DNA from: Pseudomonadales bacterium | GTDB taxonomy: Bacteria > Pseudomonadota > Gammaproteobacteria > Pseudomonadales > JAHRWD01 | Reading direction: 5' to 3' | Assembly (NCBI GenBank): GCA_019090315.1 | Contig: JAHRWD010000013.1 | Coordinates: 60,585 to 124,584 of the forward strand | Length of the DNA stretch: 64,000 nucleotides | Shown here: positions 19,495 to 28,774 of the stretch, one piece after another | Position numbering within the stretch: the first letter of the stretch is position 1 | Layout of the letters: the number at the start of each line of letters is the position of its first letter | Program-made: the position numbers and the translations under genes | Notes under the pieces: model-generated | What the model saw: only the letters and a program-made list of their open reading frames with translations | Database searches by the model: none | What the model was told of the DNA's origin: nothing

Positions 19495-19662
19495 ATGCTG
19501 GGTTATCGGTCATCCTGGGGTAGCTGCCCTATAGAGGGTGCGCTGGTGTGGCAGGATGAGAAACCGAAGATTGATGCAGATCTGTGTGTTGGTTGCGCCA
19601 TGTGTAGAGAAGCTTGCATTATAGAGCCAAAGGCCGTGATCGTTCGATCAAACTATAGTTAG
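19495..19662 (+). pseudogene. Short 4Fe-4S ferredoxin-like ORF, probably a 3' gene fragment
   Basis: A 55-codon ORF, below the ORF-track cutoff. It reads MLGYRSSWGSCPIEGALVWQDEKPKIDADLCVGCAMCREACIIEPKAVIV. It has one complete CxxCxxCxxxC cluster motif but only the trailing CP of a first motif. Confidence 0.35.
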
Positions 19663-19859
19663 CCGCTCAGTGCTGGAACCCAGCTGACAGACCGGTCTAG
19701 CGGGCTCTATAGATTTTGTGACCCTATACGGCTGAATAAAATTGCTTACCATTTCTAATCTCGCTTAATTCCTATTACTATCTGGTACTCCGACAGAGTT
19801 GTCGGCGCACTAATTCTCTATATTTTACCAGCCGATTTCCCATCATAAGGAGAGTGTTA

Positions 19860-20561
19860 ATGGATTTGTCAGCATTTCAAAATAAAACCTGTAGTGAGAT
19901 CGAGCTACTGAAGCAGTTACCGTTGGATCAATCTGTGATTGTTGAGCTGGGTTGTGGCAAGGCGGATATTACACGTTTCATAGCTTCTAACTGCACAGGA
20001 AGTAAAGTGATTGCTACCGAGGTAGACGCCATTCAGCATGAGAAAAATCTGCTGATTGATGATCTACCCAATGTTACCTTTTTGATGGCTGGTGCAGAGA
20101 GTATTCCCGCTGAGAATGATTCGGTTGATGTAGTCTTTATGTTTAAATCTTTACATCACGTACCCCTGGATAAAATGGATTCAGCCCTTGGAGAAATCAG
20201 GCGTGTTTTGAAACCAGGTGGAGTTGCCTATATTTCCGAGCCAATTTTTTCCGGTGACTTTAACGAGGTTCTACGTCTGTTTCATGATGAAGAGCAGGTC
20301 AGAGCAGCGGCTTATCAGGCAATTCAAAAAGCAGTTAATGGAAAGCTACTGTCGCAAATTGACGAAATTGAGTTTAACTCTCCTATGGCCTTTGAAAGCT
20401 TTGAGTTTTTTGCCGATAAGGTTGTCAACGTGACCCACACCGATCACAAGCTGTCATCGGAACTTTTGAAGAAGATAGAAATACAGTTTATGAAAAATAT
20501 GACAAAAGAGGGCGCGCGATTTGAAATGCCCATTCGTATTAATTTGCTACAGAAAAAATAG
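19860..20561 (+). CDS. Class I SAM-dependent methyltransferase
   Basis: Motif I VIVELGCGKAD, an acidic loop, and post-I motifs (VDVVFMFKSLHHV, LKPGGVAYISEP). An AGGAG lies 7 nt before the ATG at 19860. Confidence 0.8.
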   Translation: MDLSAFQNKTCSEIELLKQLPLDQSVIVELGCGKADITRFIASNCTGSKVIATEVDAIQHEKNLLIDDLPNVTFLMAGAESIPAENDSVDVVFMFKSLHHVPLDKMDSALGEIRRVLKPGGVAYISEPIFSGDFNEVLRLFHDEEQVRAAAYQAIQKAVNGKLLSQIDEIEFNSPMAFESFEFFADKVVNVTHTDHKLSSELLKKIEIQFMKNMTKEGARFEMPIRINLLQKK

Positions 20562-20587
20562 ACCTGAAAAAAATATTTAGATCATAG

Positions 20588-21259
20588 ATGCAACCCCAGG
20601 CGGATCCTTTTATTGTCCCTCTCTGTGAAGAGCAGATTGAGATTTTGTATCAGGATCAATACCTGTTGGTCATCAATAAACCTACCAGGCTATTAACGCT
20701 TTCTGGTAAGCATCCTCTCAATAAAGACTCAGTTCATTTTCGACTGGTTAAAGAATTTCCTACAGCGAAAATGATTCACCGAATCGACTTCGGAACCTCC
20801 GGTATATTGGTAGTAGGACTTAACAAAGAAGTTACTGCTCATATCGGAAAACAGTTTCAGGCTCGTACCACCAGTAAAACCTATACCGCGATTCTGTCCG
20901 GACATCTTACAAATGATAAGGGGATTATTGATTTTCCGATTGCAAAGGATAAACTCAATTTTCCGTTGGTGAAGATTTGTGACGAAACAGGCAAGCCTGC
21001 GCAAACACATTATCGGGTGAACGATCAAATTAACGAACCCTATTCAACGCGTGTCGAATTGATGCCGATCACAGGCCGTACACATCAACTGCGCATTCAT
21101 AGCAAGGCAATTGGGCACCCGATTTTGGGCTGTGATCTCTATGCTAGCGAGGCGGCATTCCATATGGCCGATCGCTTAATGTTGCACGCGAGCAACATTG
21201 AGTTTGATCATCCCGTTAGTGACGAACGGCTAAATATTTCTTGCCCTGCGCCTTTTTAG
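20588..21259 (+). CDS. rluA: RluA-family pseudouridine synthase
   Basis: The catalytic motif HRIDFGTSGILVV is present, along with the conserved KTYTAIL and TGRTHQLRIH blocks. Confidence 0.85.
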   Translation: MQPQADPFIVPLCEEQIEILYQDQYLLVINKPTRLLTLSGKHPLNKDSVHFRLVKEFPTAKMIHRIDFGTSGILVVGLNKEVTAHIGKQFQARTTSKTYTAILSGHLTNDKGIIDFPIAKDKLNFPLVKICDETGKPAQTHYRVNDQINEPYSTRVELMPITGRTHQLRIHSKAIGHPILGCDLYASEAAFHMADRLMLHASNIEFDHPVSDERLNISCPAPF

Positions 21260-21280
21260 CTCCGCAGAACCTCTATCGAC

Positions 21281-22258
21281 CTATCGGAATTTGTAAACCT
21301 CAGTGTCGGGATAGAAGCCATACCATGCAAACCAGAATGCACGTATTGCTGGTAGCTGTTCCCCAGCGCTATTTTTTATAGTCGCAGTTTTACTTTTTGG
21401 ATCGAAGACAATTTCTACGGGCTTACCTAGAAAAGTATCATTTATAGTGGTTGTGCCAGTTTTAACTGCCGATTTGTTCAATTCGGAAAACGGCCACACT
21501 TTGGCTTTGCCATCTTTCTCGAGGCCCAACACCATCTCCTTATTGGTATAGCGCTTATCTGTCTTTGAAATTGGAAAAAATAGTTTTTCTGTTTTGTCGT
21601 AGCCTTTATAGGGGTCATCGTCGTAATCCCTAAGCGCGCCGGTTTGTGTAGAAAGAACTTCGCCTTTTGGATGCTCGTGTTTCCATTGAGTCCAGGGAAT
21701 ATGAGTTACCGAAAGTCGTTTTAGTCGAGCACCCGCCATCGGGCCGCTCACTGCTGTTCCCGGTATTTGTGACCAGAGGCTATCGGTCTGACGGTCGTAC
21801 ATCAGCATGTCGTTGTTGTGGAGCAAGCCGGAGACACCAAAGTCGATTACCTGCTCCCCCTTCTCTTTTTCTGCGGGTGCTATTGCCTGAGATAAAAACG
21901 CAATTCCGGTTCCGCACAACGGGCAAAAGGTAATGACGACTGGGTCTTGCTCAAACTCGGTGTTGACAATTTCGTGCCAGATTAAAATTCGAATCGGATA
22001 CGCTCTGGCGATCCCGTTAAGTTCTAGCCCTAATACCAGATCATCATCCTTCAGATAATCCACTTGTGATATCTGTAGGTATTCCGGGCTATTAATAGAA
22101 GGAATGCCATCCCGGGGCGGCCCACCCTGATGAATTTCCGAAACCGGAATTAAACTATCAGATAGATCAAAGCCATTTTTATTAGTGGTGCCGGCCGCCA
22201 GTGCCGTTGCGCTGATGGCCGTTGCGAAAAGTATAAAAATTAATTTGTTCATCATCAC
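21281..22258 (-). CDS. Secreted DUF3179-domain protein
   Basis: A signal peptide, plus ITFCPLCGTG and WSQ blocks as I recall for DUF3179. It is the last gene of the ECF sigma operon. Confidence 0.7.
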   Translation of the reverse strand: MMMNKLIFILFATAISATALAAGTTNKNGFDLSDSLIPVSEIHQGGPPRDGIPSINSPEYLQISQVDYLKDDDLVLGLELNGIARAYPIRILIWHEIVNTEFEQDPVVITFCPLCGTGIAFLSQAIAPAEKEKGEQVIDFGVSGLLHNNDMLMYDRQTDSLWSQIPGTAVSGPMAGARLKRLSVTHIPWTQWKHEHPKGEVLSTQTGALRDYDDDPYKGYDKTEKLFFPISKTDKRYTNKEMVLGLEKDGKAKVWPFSELNKSAVKTGTTTINDTFLGKPVEIVFDPKSKTATIKNSAGEQLPAIRAFWFAWYGFYPDTEVYKFR

Positions 22259-22319
22259 CTCTATTGAAGTTGGTAATGAGTCATTGCTGCACTGCGAAGT
22301 TTTTTATCAGACCGGGAAT

Positions 22320-22538
22320 TTAGTCGTCGATAGAATCCATTATTCTTGATATTTCTTCGTCACTGGCTTTTCGATGCATAAATGACGTTGCATCTTTAAG
22401 TGCCTGGAACTGATGAACATAGCGAGAACAGTGTTTGCAGATCAATAGATGAAACCTGAATCGCCATTGGCGATGTCGTGGCAGGTCATCAGATAGAAAC
22501 TGGTCTGCTTCATCGACTACCTCTCTGCACTTTAACAC
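22320..22538 (-). CDS. Short zf-HC2 (ZAS) anti-sigma factor, no TM segment
   Basis: A 72-aa protein with the HxxxCxxC motif (FHLLICKHCSRY). It overlaps the upstream sigma gene's stop. Confidence 0.7.
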   Translation of the reverse strand: MLKCREVVDEADQFLSDDLPRHRQWRFRFHLLICKHCSRYVHQFQALKDATSFMHRKASDEEISRIMDSIDD

Positions 22539-23173
22539 TCGCCTGTCTCCTGATAATGGTCCACCAGTTTGAAAAGGTGCGCCCTGGCCCGGTGTAGCAA
22601 TACTCGCGCATTGGATGCAGAGATCGACAGATTGTTACAAATTTCTCCAAAGGGCAGTTCGCTGCTGTCGCGCATCTCCAATATTGCCCGCTGATTGTTG
22701 GGCATTGCTGTCAATATTCGATCGAGACATTGAGCCAGATCGTCGCTCATCAATAGTGCTTCTGGGGAATCGTAATGCCAGGTAGCTGGGGGTGTCGCCC
22801 AATGACCAGTTTGAGTGAACCTGTCTGCCAGTGCATCGCTGTCAGACCCATCTCCCGCCAAATCAGAGAACAGAGTTTCCTTTTTTCGAGCACGTAATTG
22901 CATCTTTGCTTCATTTATTACAATACGACTTAACCAGGTACGGATTTTGGATTTCCCCTCAAAACTCGCAATTGCTTTATAGGCCTTGATCCAGGCAATC
23001 TGTACCACCTCTTCTGCTTCGCTGAACCCTACAATTGGAATGGCCAGTGCAACCAATGCATGGTGATGATCGCGAACAAGAATAGAAAACTGGGTTTTGT
23101 TGCCAGCCTTTAAAGCTGGCAACTGATCCTTATCGGTCATCCGGCCGTTCCTGATAGGTACGTAAAGCGCCAT
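22532..23173 (-). CDS. ECF (sigma-70 family) RNA polymerase sigma factor
   Basis: Sigma-2 region (AEEVVQIAWIKAYKAIASFEGKSKIRTWLSRIVINEA) and sigma-4 region (QRAILEMRDSSELPFGEICNNLSISASNARVLLHRAR), joined by a long linker. Confidence 0.85.
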   Translation of the reverse strand: MALYVPIRNGRMTDKDQLPALKAGNKTQFSILVRDHHHALVALAIPIVGFSEAEEVVQIAWIKAYKAIASFEGKSKIRTWLSRIVINEAKMQLRARKKETLFSDLAGDGSDSDALADRFTQTGHWATPPATWHYDSPEALLMSDDLAQCLDRILTAMPNNQRAILEMRDSSELPFGEICNNLSISASNARVLLHRARAHLFKLVDHYQETGEC

Positions 23174-23236
23174 GGACTCTACGATATTTTGAGCGATGGC
23201 AATGGGTGACTTTTCTGCAAAGCCAACTTCTTGTTT

Positions 23237-23836
23237 TCATTTGGTACGAGTGCTCCAGGCCAATAGTTCCATACGATCAGCCCCAAAAAACAGTTCGTTG
23301 CCCCATACGAATGTAGGTACACCAAAAACACCCGATTCATATGCAGTGATTGATTTTTGTATCAGTGCTTCCATCCCTTCTACTTTGGCGACTTGAATGA
23401 TTTCAGGATCATGATTCATATCCTTCAGGATTCTTTCGAGAATGCTGATGTCATTGACATCCAACTGTTTCTGCCACACTGCTTCAAATATGGCATTACC
23501 AAATGCTGAGTGTTCAACGCCATTGGTTTCCATCACGGAAGCAGTCGCCATAGCAATATTACATGCGGGGGGAGTAGGCTTTGGTGGTGCAAAATCTATA
23601 TTCCAGTACTTTATCATGCGGAATATATCCGCCATAAAGTGGTCACGTTTTGCAGGGCACATGGGGTCAAGTACCTCTGAGGTGGGTTCTCGGTCTGCCT
23701 GGAGATTGAGTAGAACGTCAACTAAAACGGGTTTCCGTACAATTTCTACATCTTCCGCTGTAAGTAGCGCTAACCGCTGCGATGCAAAATATGCAAAGGG
23801 GCTACGAAAATCATAATACATTTCAATTTTTTTCAT
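23237..23836 (-). CDS. DsbA-family 2-hydroxychromene-2-carboxylate isomerase-like protein
   Basis: The N-terminal YYDFRSPFAYF and C-terminal GVFGVPTFVWGNELFFGADRM match the HCCA isomerase/DsbA-like thioredoxin-fold family. Confidence 0.8.
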   Translation of the reverse strand: MKKIEMYYDFRSPFAYFASQRLALLTAEDVEIVRKPVLVDVLLNLQADREPTSEVLDPMCPAKRDHFMADIFRMIKYWNIDFAPPKPTPPACNIAMATASVMETNGVEHSAFGNAIFEAVWQKQLDVNDISILERILKDMNHDPEIIQVAKVEGMEALIQKSITAYESGVFGVPTFVWGNELFFGADRMELLAWSTRTK

Positions 23837-24090
23837 ATCTGCATAGGAGCCTGTTCAGTTGTTATGTCGCCTGCACCGGGTTTGTTCATCGATGCTACCT
23901 GTATTCTATGGCTTTTGATCGTTCAATCAATACCAGGAAAAAGGCTGAATCAAAAAGTAGGGTAAACTCCAGTGCTTTGGCTGTTAAACATACCTGCCGT
24001 CCAGTTTTTTTAAAGTCAAATGTAACAATTCACCGATCTGCGCATCTACTGTGCAGAACAAATACTTTAGATACACCGCTGGAGCGATAA

Positions 24091-25044
24091 ATGCACGCGA
24101 CCCTACCTCTATTACAGGCCACTGATTTTCCGCAGGTTTACCGAACTGGCCTCGAAACCCTGCAGGTTAATCTGGGTTACAAATGCAACCTTTCCTGTTT
24201 GCATTGCCATGTGAATGCCGGGCCGACCCGTAAAGAGATGATGGATGACGATACGCTTGAGCTGGTTATCGAAATGCTTAAAACCGGCCGTATCAGTACG
24301 TTGGATCTGACCGGTGGTGCACCGGAATTGCATGAACGGTTTCGTGATTTGGTAGTGGTAGCGACTGATCTGGGCATCAAAGTGATTGACCGCTGTAATC
24401 TCACCATCCTGTTTGAGCCGGGTCAGGAAACCCTTGCTGAGTTTTTAGCGCAGCATCAGGTTGAGGTTGTAGCCTCTTTGCCCTGTTACTCGCTGGAGAA
24501 TGTAGATCAGCAGCGTGGTGATGGGGTGTTTGATAAGAGTGTCGCTGGGTTACAACAACTGAATGCGCTTGGATATGGAAAACCCAATTCCGGATTAAAC
24601 CTGAACCTGGTGTTTAACCCCCAGGGGCCAACCCTGCCGCCGGAGCAGCAAGGTTTGCAGGCTGACTATAAACGAGAGCTGAGCAAACACTTTGATATTG
24701 AGTTTAACGAGCTGTTTGTGGTCACCAATATGCCGATCAAACGCTTTGGTTCCACCATGATTTCAAAGGGAACCTTCCACGGATATATGGAACTGTTAAA
24801 GGATAACTACCTTGAAAGCAATCTCGAAAACCTGATGTGTCGCTCAATGGTCAGCGTTGATTGGCAGGGTTATATCTACGACTGTGATTTTAACCAGCAA
24901 CTTGAGCTGACCCTCGCTGCGGAAGATCGTCCTCATCTGCGTGACCTGTTGAAGAAAGAGGTCGAGGGCCAGCAGATAAATATTGCGGATCACTGTTTTG
25001 GCTGCACCGCAGGGCAGGGTAGTAGTTGTGGCGGTGCGTTATAA
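24091..25044 (+). CDS. arsS: Radical SAM/Cys-rich-domain protein, ArsS-like (TIGR04167 family, Cys variant)
   Basis: Contains the radical SAM CxxxCxxC motif (YKCNLSCLHC) and the characteristic C-terminal CFGCTAGQGSSCGGAL. All Cys codons are TGT/TGC, with no in-frame TGA. Confidence 0.8.
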   Translation: MHATLPLLQATDFPQVYRTGLETLQVNLGYKCNLSCLHCHVNAGPTRKEMMDDDTLELVIEMLKTGRISTLDLTGGAPELHERFRDLVVVATDLGIKVIDRCNLTILFEPGQETLAEFLAQHQVEVVASLPCYSLENVDQQRGDGVFDKSVAGLQQLNALGYGKPNSGLNLNLVFNPQGPTLPPEQQGLQADYKRELSKHFDIEFNELFVVTNMPIKRFGSTMISKGTFHGYMELLKDNYLESNLENLMCRSMVSVDWQGYIYDCDFNQQLELTLAAEDRPHLRDLLKKEVEGQQINIADHCFGCTAGQGSSCGGAL

Positions 25045-25106
25045 CGTTCGCATTCAATTAACGGTTACGCGTTTATTTCAAGTATTGAGATCCAAGGAAT
25101 AGCACG

Positions 25107-27257
25107 ATGAAAAAAATTAGTTTAGTCCTGGTGCTAATTGCATTGATGGCCGGATTTTTCATATTCGATCTGCATCAGCTGCTTACCCTTGACGGTATTA
25201 AAGGCAGCCTCGGTCAAATTGAAAGCTGGCGGGCCAACGCACCGCTTTTGGCTGCAGGCATCTATTTTGGAATCTACATATTAGTCACTGCGCTGTCTCT
25301 GCCCGGTGCAGCCATCATGACGTTGGTTGGCGGTGCGCTGTTTGGGCTGGGCTGGGGTTTGCTGCTGGTTTCGTTCGCTTCCAGTATCGGTGCGCTGCTG
25401 GCCTTTCTGGTATCACGCTATGTATTGCGGGACTGGGTGCAATCACGTTTTGGCGATCGGCTGAAAACTATCAACGAAGGGATCGAAAAAGAGGGCTCGT
25501 TCTATCTATTTACCCTGCGACTGGTACCGATCTTCCCATTTTTTGTCATCAACCTGTTAATGGGGCTGACCCCAATGCGGGCAGCGAGTTTCTACTGGGT
25601 CAGCCAGGTCGGCATGCTTGCGGGCACCGCTGTTTACGTCAATGCCGGAACTCAGCTGGGACAACTAGAAAGCCTCTCGGGAATTCTCTCACCGGGCTTA
25701 CTATTCTCCTTTGTTTTGCTGGGGCTATTTCCTCTGATTGCGAAAAAAATAACCGACCAGATCAAAAGCCGACGGGTATATGCGCGCTGGAATAAACCCA
25801 AAAAATTCGACCGCAATATGATTGTGATCGGCGGCGGTGCCGGCGGTTTGGTCGCCTCCTATATTGGCGCAACCGTAAAGGCCAAAGTGACGCTTATCGA
25901 AGCGCATAAAATGGGTGGCGACTGCCTCAATTATGGCTGCGTACCCAGCAAGGCATTGATCCGTAGCGCCAAGCTCGCACACCAGATGCGTAACGCAGAA
26001 AAATATGGACTGGACTCAGCCGAGCCAACCCTTTCGTTCAAAAAAGTGATGGGACGAATCGAGCAGATTGTGCGGGACATTGAGCCCCATGACAGCGTCG
26101 AGCGATACACCGAGCTGGGCGTGGAGGTGCTACAGGGCTACGGCAAGATTGTTGATCCCTGGACTGTTGAGATCAAAATGAACGATGGCAGCAGCCAACG
26201 GCTCACCGCTCGCAGCATTGTGATTGCCGCCGGTGCCCAGCCCTTCGTTCCGCCACTGCCGGGCATTAAAGAGTCAGGCTACGTGACCAGCGATACGCTT
26301 TGGGAAGAGTGCGCCAAACTGGATCAGCCTCCAGCTAAATTAGTGGTGCTGGGTGGCGGCCCAATCGGCTGTGAACTGGCCCAGAGTTTTGCGCGATTAG
26401 GTTCTGACGTTTCTCAAATTGAGATGTTGCCCAGAGTGCTAATCCGCGAAGATGAGGATGTGTCAGAGCTGGCTCAGCGTACCCTCGAAAGTAATGGCAT
26501 AAATGTACTGGTGGGCCACAAAGCGCTACGTTGTGAAAATGTCGGAGAAGACAAATTTATCGTGGTCGAAAAGCATGGCCAGGAACAGCGTATCCAGTTT
26601 GATCTACTGGTCTGTGCGGTGGGCCGCTCGGCTCGGCTTGATGGTTACGGCCTTGAAGAACTCGGAATAGAAACCAACCGAACCGTTCTCACCAACGATT
26701 ATCTCGAAACTCTCTACCCGAATATCTATGCCGCCGGAGATGTGGCGGGGCCATATCAGTTCACCCACACCGCCGCCCACCAGGCCTGGTATGCCGCGGT
26801 TAATGCACTGTTTGGGCAGTTCAAACGCTTCAAGGTCGATTATCGAGTGATCCCCTGGACCACTTTTATCGACCCGGAGGTAGCGCGAGTCGGTATCAAT
26901 GAACAGGAAGCAAAAGAGCAGGGCGTCCCTTACGAGCTTACCCGTTATGGTCTTGATGACCTTGATCGAGCCATTGCCGACAGCGCGGCGATTGGGTTCA
27001 TCAAAGTACTTACGGCTCCCGGAAAGGATCGAATCCTGGGGGTCACCATCGTCGGCGAACATGCGGGAGATCTGCTGGCAGAGTTTGTGCTGGCGATGAA
27101 ACATGGCCTAGGTCTAAACAAAATCCTCGAGACCATCCATACCTACCCCACCTGGGCAGAGGGCAACAAATACGCCGCAGGGGAGTGGAAAAAAGCCCAC
27201 GCTCCGCAAAAAGTGCTGGCTCTGTTGGAGCGTTATCACAGCTGGAGACGAGGTTGA
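25107..27257 (+). CDS. Fusion protein: DedA/TVP38-TMEM64 membrane domain + FAD-dependent pyridine nucleotide-disulfide oxidoreductase
   Basis: The N-terminal ~230 aa are multi-TM DedA-like. These are followed by GGGAGG (FAD), the redox-active CLNYGCVPSK, GGGPIGCELA (NAD) and a C-terminal dimerisation domain. Confidence 0.85.
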   Translation: MKKISLVLVLIALMAGFFIFDLHQLLTLDGIKGSLGQIESWRANAPLLAAGIYFGIYILVTALSLPGAAIMTLVGGALFGLGWGLLLVSFASSIGALLAFLVSRYVLRDWVQSRFGDRLKTINEGIEKEGSFYLFTLRLVPIFPFFVINLLMGLTPMRAASFYWVSQVGMLAGTAVYVNAGTQLGQLESLSGILSPGLLFSFVLLGLFPLIAKKITDQIKSRRVYARWNKPKKFDRNMIVIGGGAGGLVASYIGATVKAKVTLIEAHKMGGDCLNYGCVPSKALIRSAKLAHQMRNAEKYGLDSAEPTLSFKKVMGRIEQIVRDIEPHDSVERYTELGVEVLQGYGKIVDPWTVEIKMNDGSSQRLTARSIVIAAGAQPFVPPLPGIKESGYVTSDTLWEECAKLDQPPAKLVVLGGGPIGCELAQSFARLGSDVSQIEMLPRVLIREDEDVSELAQRTLESNGINVLVGHKALRCENVGEDKFIVVEKHGQEQRIQFDLLVCAVGRSARLDGYGLEELGIETNRTVLTNDYLETLYPNIYAAGDVAGPYQFTHTAAHQAWYAAVNALFGQFKRFKVDYRVIPWTTFIDPEVARVGINEQEAKEQGVPYELTRYGLDDLDRAIADSAAIGFIKVLTAPGKDRILGVTIVGEHAGDLLAEFVLAMKHGLGLNKILETIHTYPTWAEGNKYAAGEWKKAHAPQKVLALLERYHSWRRG

Positions 27258-27261
27258 GAAA

Positions 27262-28065
27262 ATGCGGTTTTTCGCAGCTTTGTTGATGAGTCTGTTAGTG
27301 AGCCTCCAGACCAATAGTTTGATAGCCGAGCCTATGAATCATGCGCACTGGGATAGTCTGCTAAAAAAGCACGTTAAGTCGATTGATGGTGGCAGCGCCA
27401 CGGCCCTCGATTACTCAGGATTTGCCCGTGACACGGGTCGGTTTAAAAGCTATCAGGATCAACTATCCCGTGTGACTCAAACCGAGTTTGATCAATGGAG
27501 CAAAGACAACCAGCTGGCATTTCTGATCAACGCCTACAACGCTTTTACCGTAGCGCTGATCCTGACCAAATACCCCGGTCTGGATTCGATAAAGGATCTT
27601 GGCAGTTTCTTTAGCTCGCCCTGGAAAAAGAAATTCATCAAGCTGCTGGGCCAAACCCGTTCGCTAGACGATATCGAACATAAACTGATTCGTGGTTCCC
27701 GCCGCTACAACGATCCGCGTATTCATTTCGCCGTGAACTGCGCCAGCATCGGTTGTCCGGCATTGCGGGCTGAAGCCTATATGGGCGATCGAATCGACTC
27801 GCAACTGCAAGACCAAACCAGACAGTTCCTGTCAGATACCAGTCGTAACCGATCTGAAAATGGTCAGCTTGAAGTCTCATCCATTTTTAAATGGTATCGC
27901 GAGGATTTTGAAAAGGGCTGGTTGGGTTTCGATTCGCTAGAAGACTTTTTTGTTGCCTATAAATCAGAGCTGGGTATGGCTGACGAGCAACTATCTGACC
28001 TGCAAGCCGGAAAAATAGATATCGAATTTCTTGATTATGACTGGCGACTAAATGATGTCCGTTGA
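27262..28065 (+). CDS. DUF547-domain protein (secreted)
   Basis: A signal peptide, with the FLINAYNAFTV and RIHFAVNCASIGCPAL blocks typical of DUF547. The gap to the upstream gene is 4 bp. Confidence 0.75.
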   Translation: MRFFAALLMSLLVSLQTNSLIAEPMNHAHWDSLLKKHVKSIDGGSATALDYSGFARDTGRFKSYQDQLSRVTQTEFDQWSKDNQLAFLINAYNAFTVALILTKYPGLDSIKDLGSFFSSPWKKKFIKLLGQTRSLDDIEHKLIRGSRRYNDPRIHFAVNCASIGCPALRAEAYMGDRIDSQLQDQTRQFLSDTSRNRSENGQLEVSSIFKWYREDFEKGWLGFDSLEDFFVAYKSELGMADEQLSDLQAGKIDIEFLDYDWRLNDVR

Positions 28066-28774
28066 TCAACCGTCCCCGATCTCTACCCCCCGGTTGTCGA
28101 TCCCACGGTTATCCATAATAGTACCGATGCTCAACGAAGCGCCTCAGCTACCGGAGTTGCTGTCGCATCTGCAGACCTATAAAAACAGAAACTGCGAAAT
28201 CATTTTGGTGGATGGTGGCAGCAGTGATGGCTCCGTCGAGATCGCTTCAAAGCAGTTCAATGTTATCTCATCCCCCGCTGGACGAGCACGGCAAATGAAT
28301 GCGGGGGCGAGAATAGCGCAGGCGGAACAGCTACTTTTTTTGCATGCGGATACGCGGCTTCCCGCTGTTGCAGATCGTTTAATTCTGGATGGCCTCAAAC
28401 AATCCAATAGCCAGTGGGGTCGTTTCGATGTATCCATTCAGGGTGACTCAAAAATGTTGCCCGTGGTGAGCTGGTTTATGAACAAACGCTCCCGCCTCAG
28501 TGGTATCGCCACCGGTGACCAGGCTATTTTTGTAACCGCAGAGGCTTTTTATTTGGTGTCCGGTTTTCCCGATCAGCCGCTGATGGAAGATATCGAAATT
28601 TCCCGCCACCTGCGGAAGCTCTCACCTCCCGCCTGTCTATCACAAAAGGTAACTACCTCCGGTCGGCGTTGGGACCAGCGCGGCTCATGGCGCACCATTT
28701 TTCTAATGTGGCGATTGCGCTGGGCATACTGGCGTGGCAAGCCTGCCGAACAGCTTGCGAGTATCTACCGATGA
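28052..28774 (+). CDS. GT2-type transferase, rSAM/selenodomain-associated 'transferase 2' (TIGR04283-like)
   Basis: LSIIVPMLNEA, VDGGSSDGS and LFLHADT motifs are present. The gene overlaps both neighbours. Confidence 0.75.
   Translation: MMSVDQPSPISTPRLSIPRLSIIVPMLNEAPQLPELLSHLQTYKNRNCEIILVDGGSSDGSVEIASKQFNVISSPAGRARQMNAGARIAQAEQLLFLHADTRLPAVADRLILDGLKQSNSQWGRFDVSIQGDSKMLPVVSWFMNKRSRLSGIATGDQAIFVTAEAFYLVSGFPDQPLMEDIEISRHLRKLSPPACLSQKVTTSGRRWDQRGSWRTIFLMWRLRWAYWRGKPAEQLASIYR

Noticed and set aside
23782-24090. 102-aa ORF immediately upstream of the ArsS-like gene
   Set aside because: Its start overlaps the 5' end of the divergent DsbA-like gene. It has no SD, odd composition (Cys/His/Arg/Ser-rich) and no motif. 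The region is more plausibly the divergent promoter.
24970-25044. Possible selenocysteine (in-frame TGA) in the C-terminal Cys-rich motif of the ArsS-like protein
   Set aside because: The motif CFGCTAGQGSSCGGAL is encoded entirely with TGT/TGC Cys codons and the ORF is uninterrupted. This is the Cys variant, and I saw no SECIS-like hairpin.
26604-27104. Long antisense ORFs inside well-supported genes (e.g. 26604..27104-, 30561..31001-, 40671..41422-, 16042..16428-, 13742..14083-, 54053..54869+)
   Set aside because: Each lies opposite a gene with strong family motifs. Such shadow ORFs are expected from codon bias, and none shows a motif or RBS.
28088-28117. Tandem PRLSI-PRLSI amino-acid repeat at the N-terminus of the GT2 transferase
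   Set aside because: The two copies use different codons (CGG TTG TCG ATC vs CGG TTA TCC ATA), so this is not a recent slippage duplication. It lies before the conserved domain and is probably insignificant.
28669-28770. Upstream extension of the DUF2064 ORF overlapping the GT2 gene by 105 nt
   Set aside because: The conserved DUF2064 N-terminus (RIVIFAKAPIAGFAKTRL) begins right after ATG 28771, which forms an ATGA overlap with the upstream stop. The extension has no homology.
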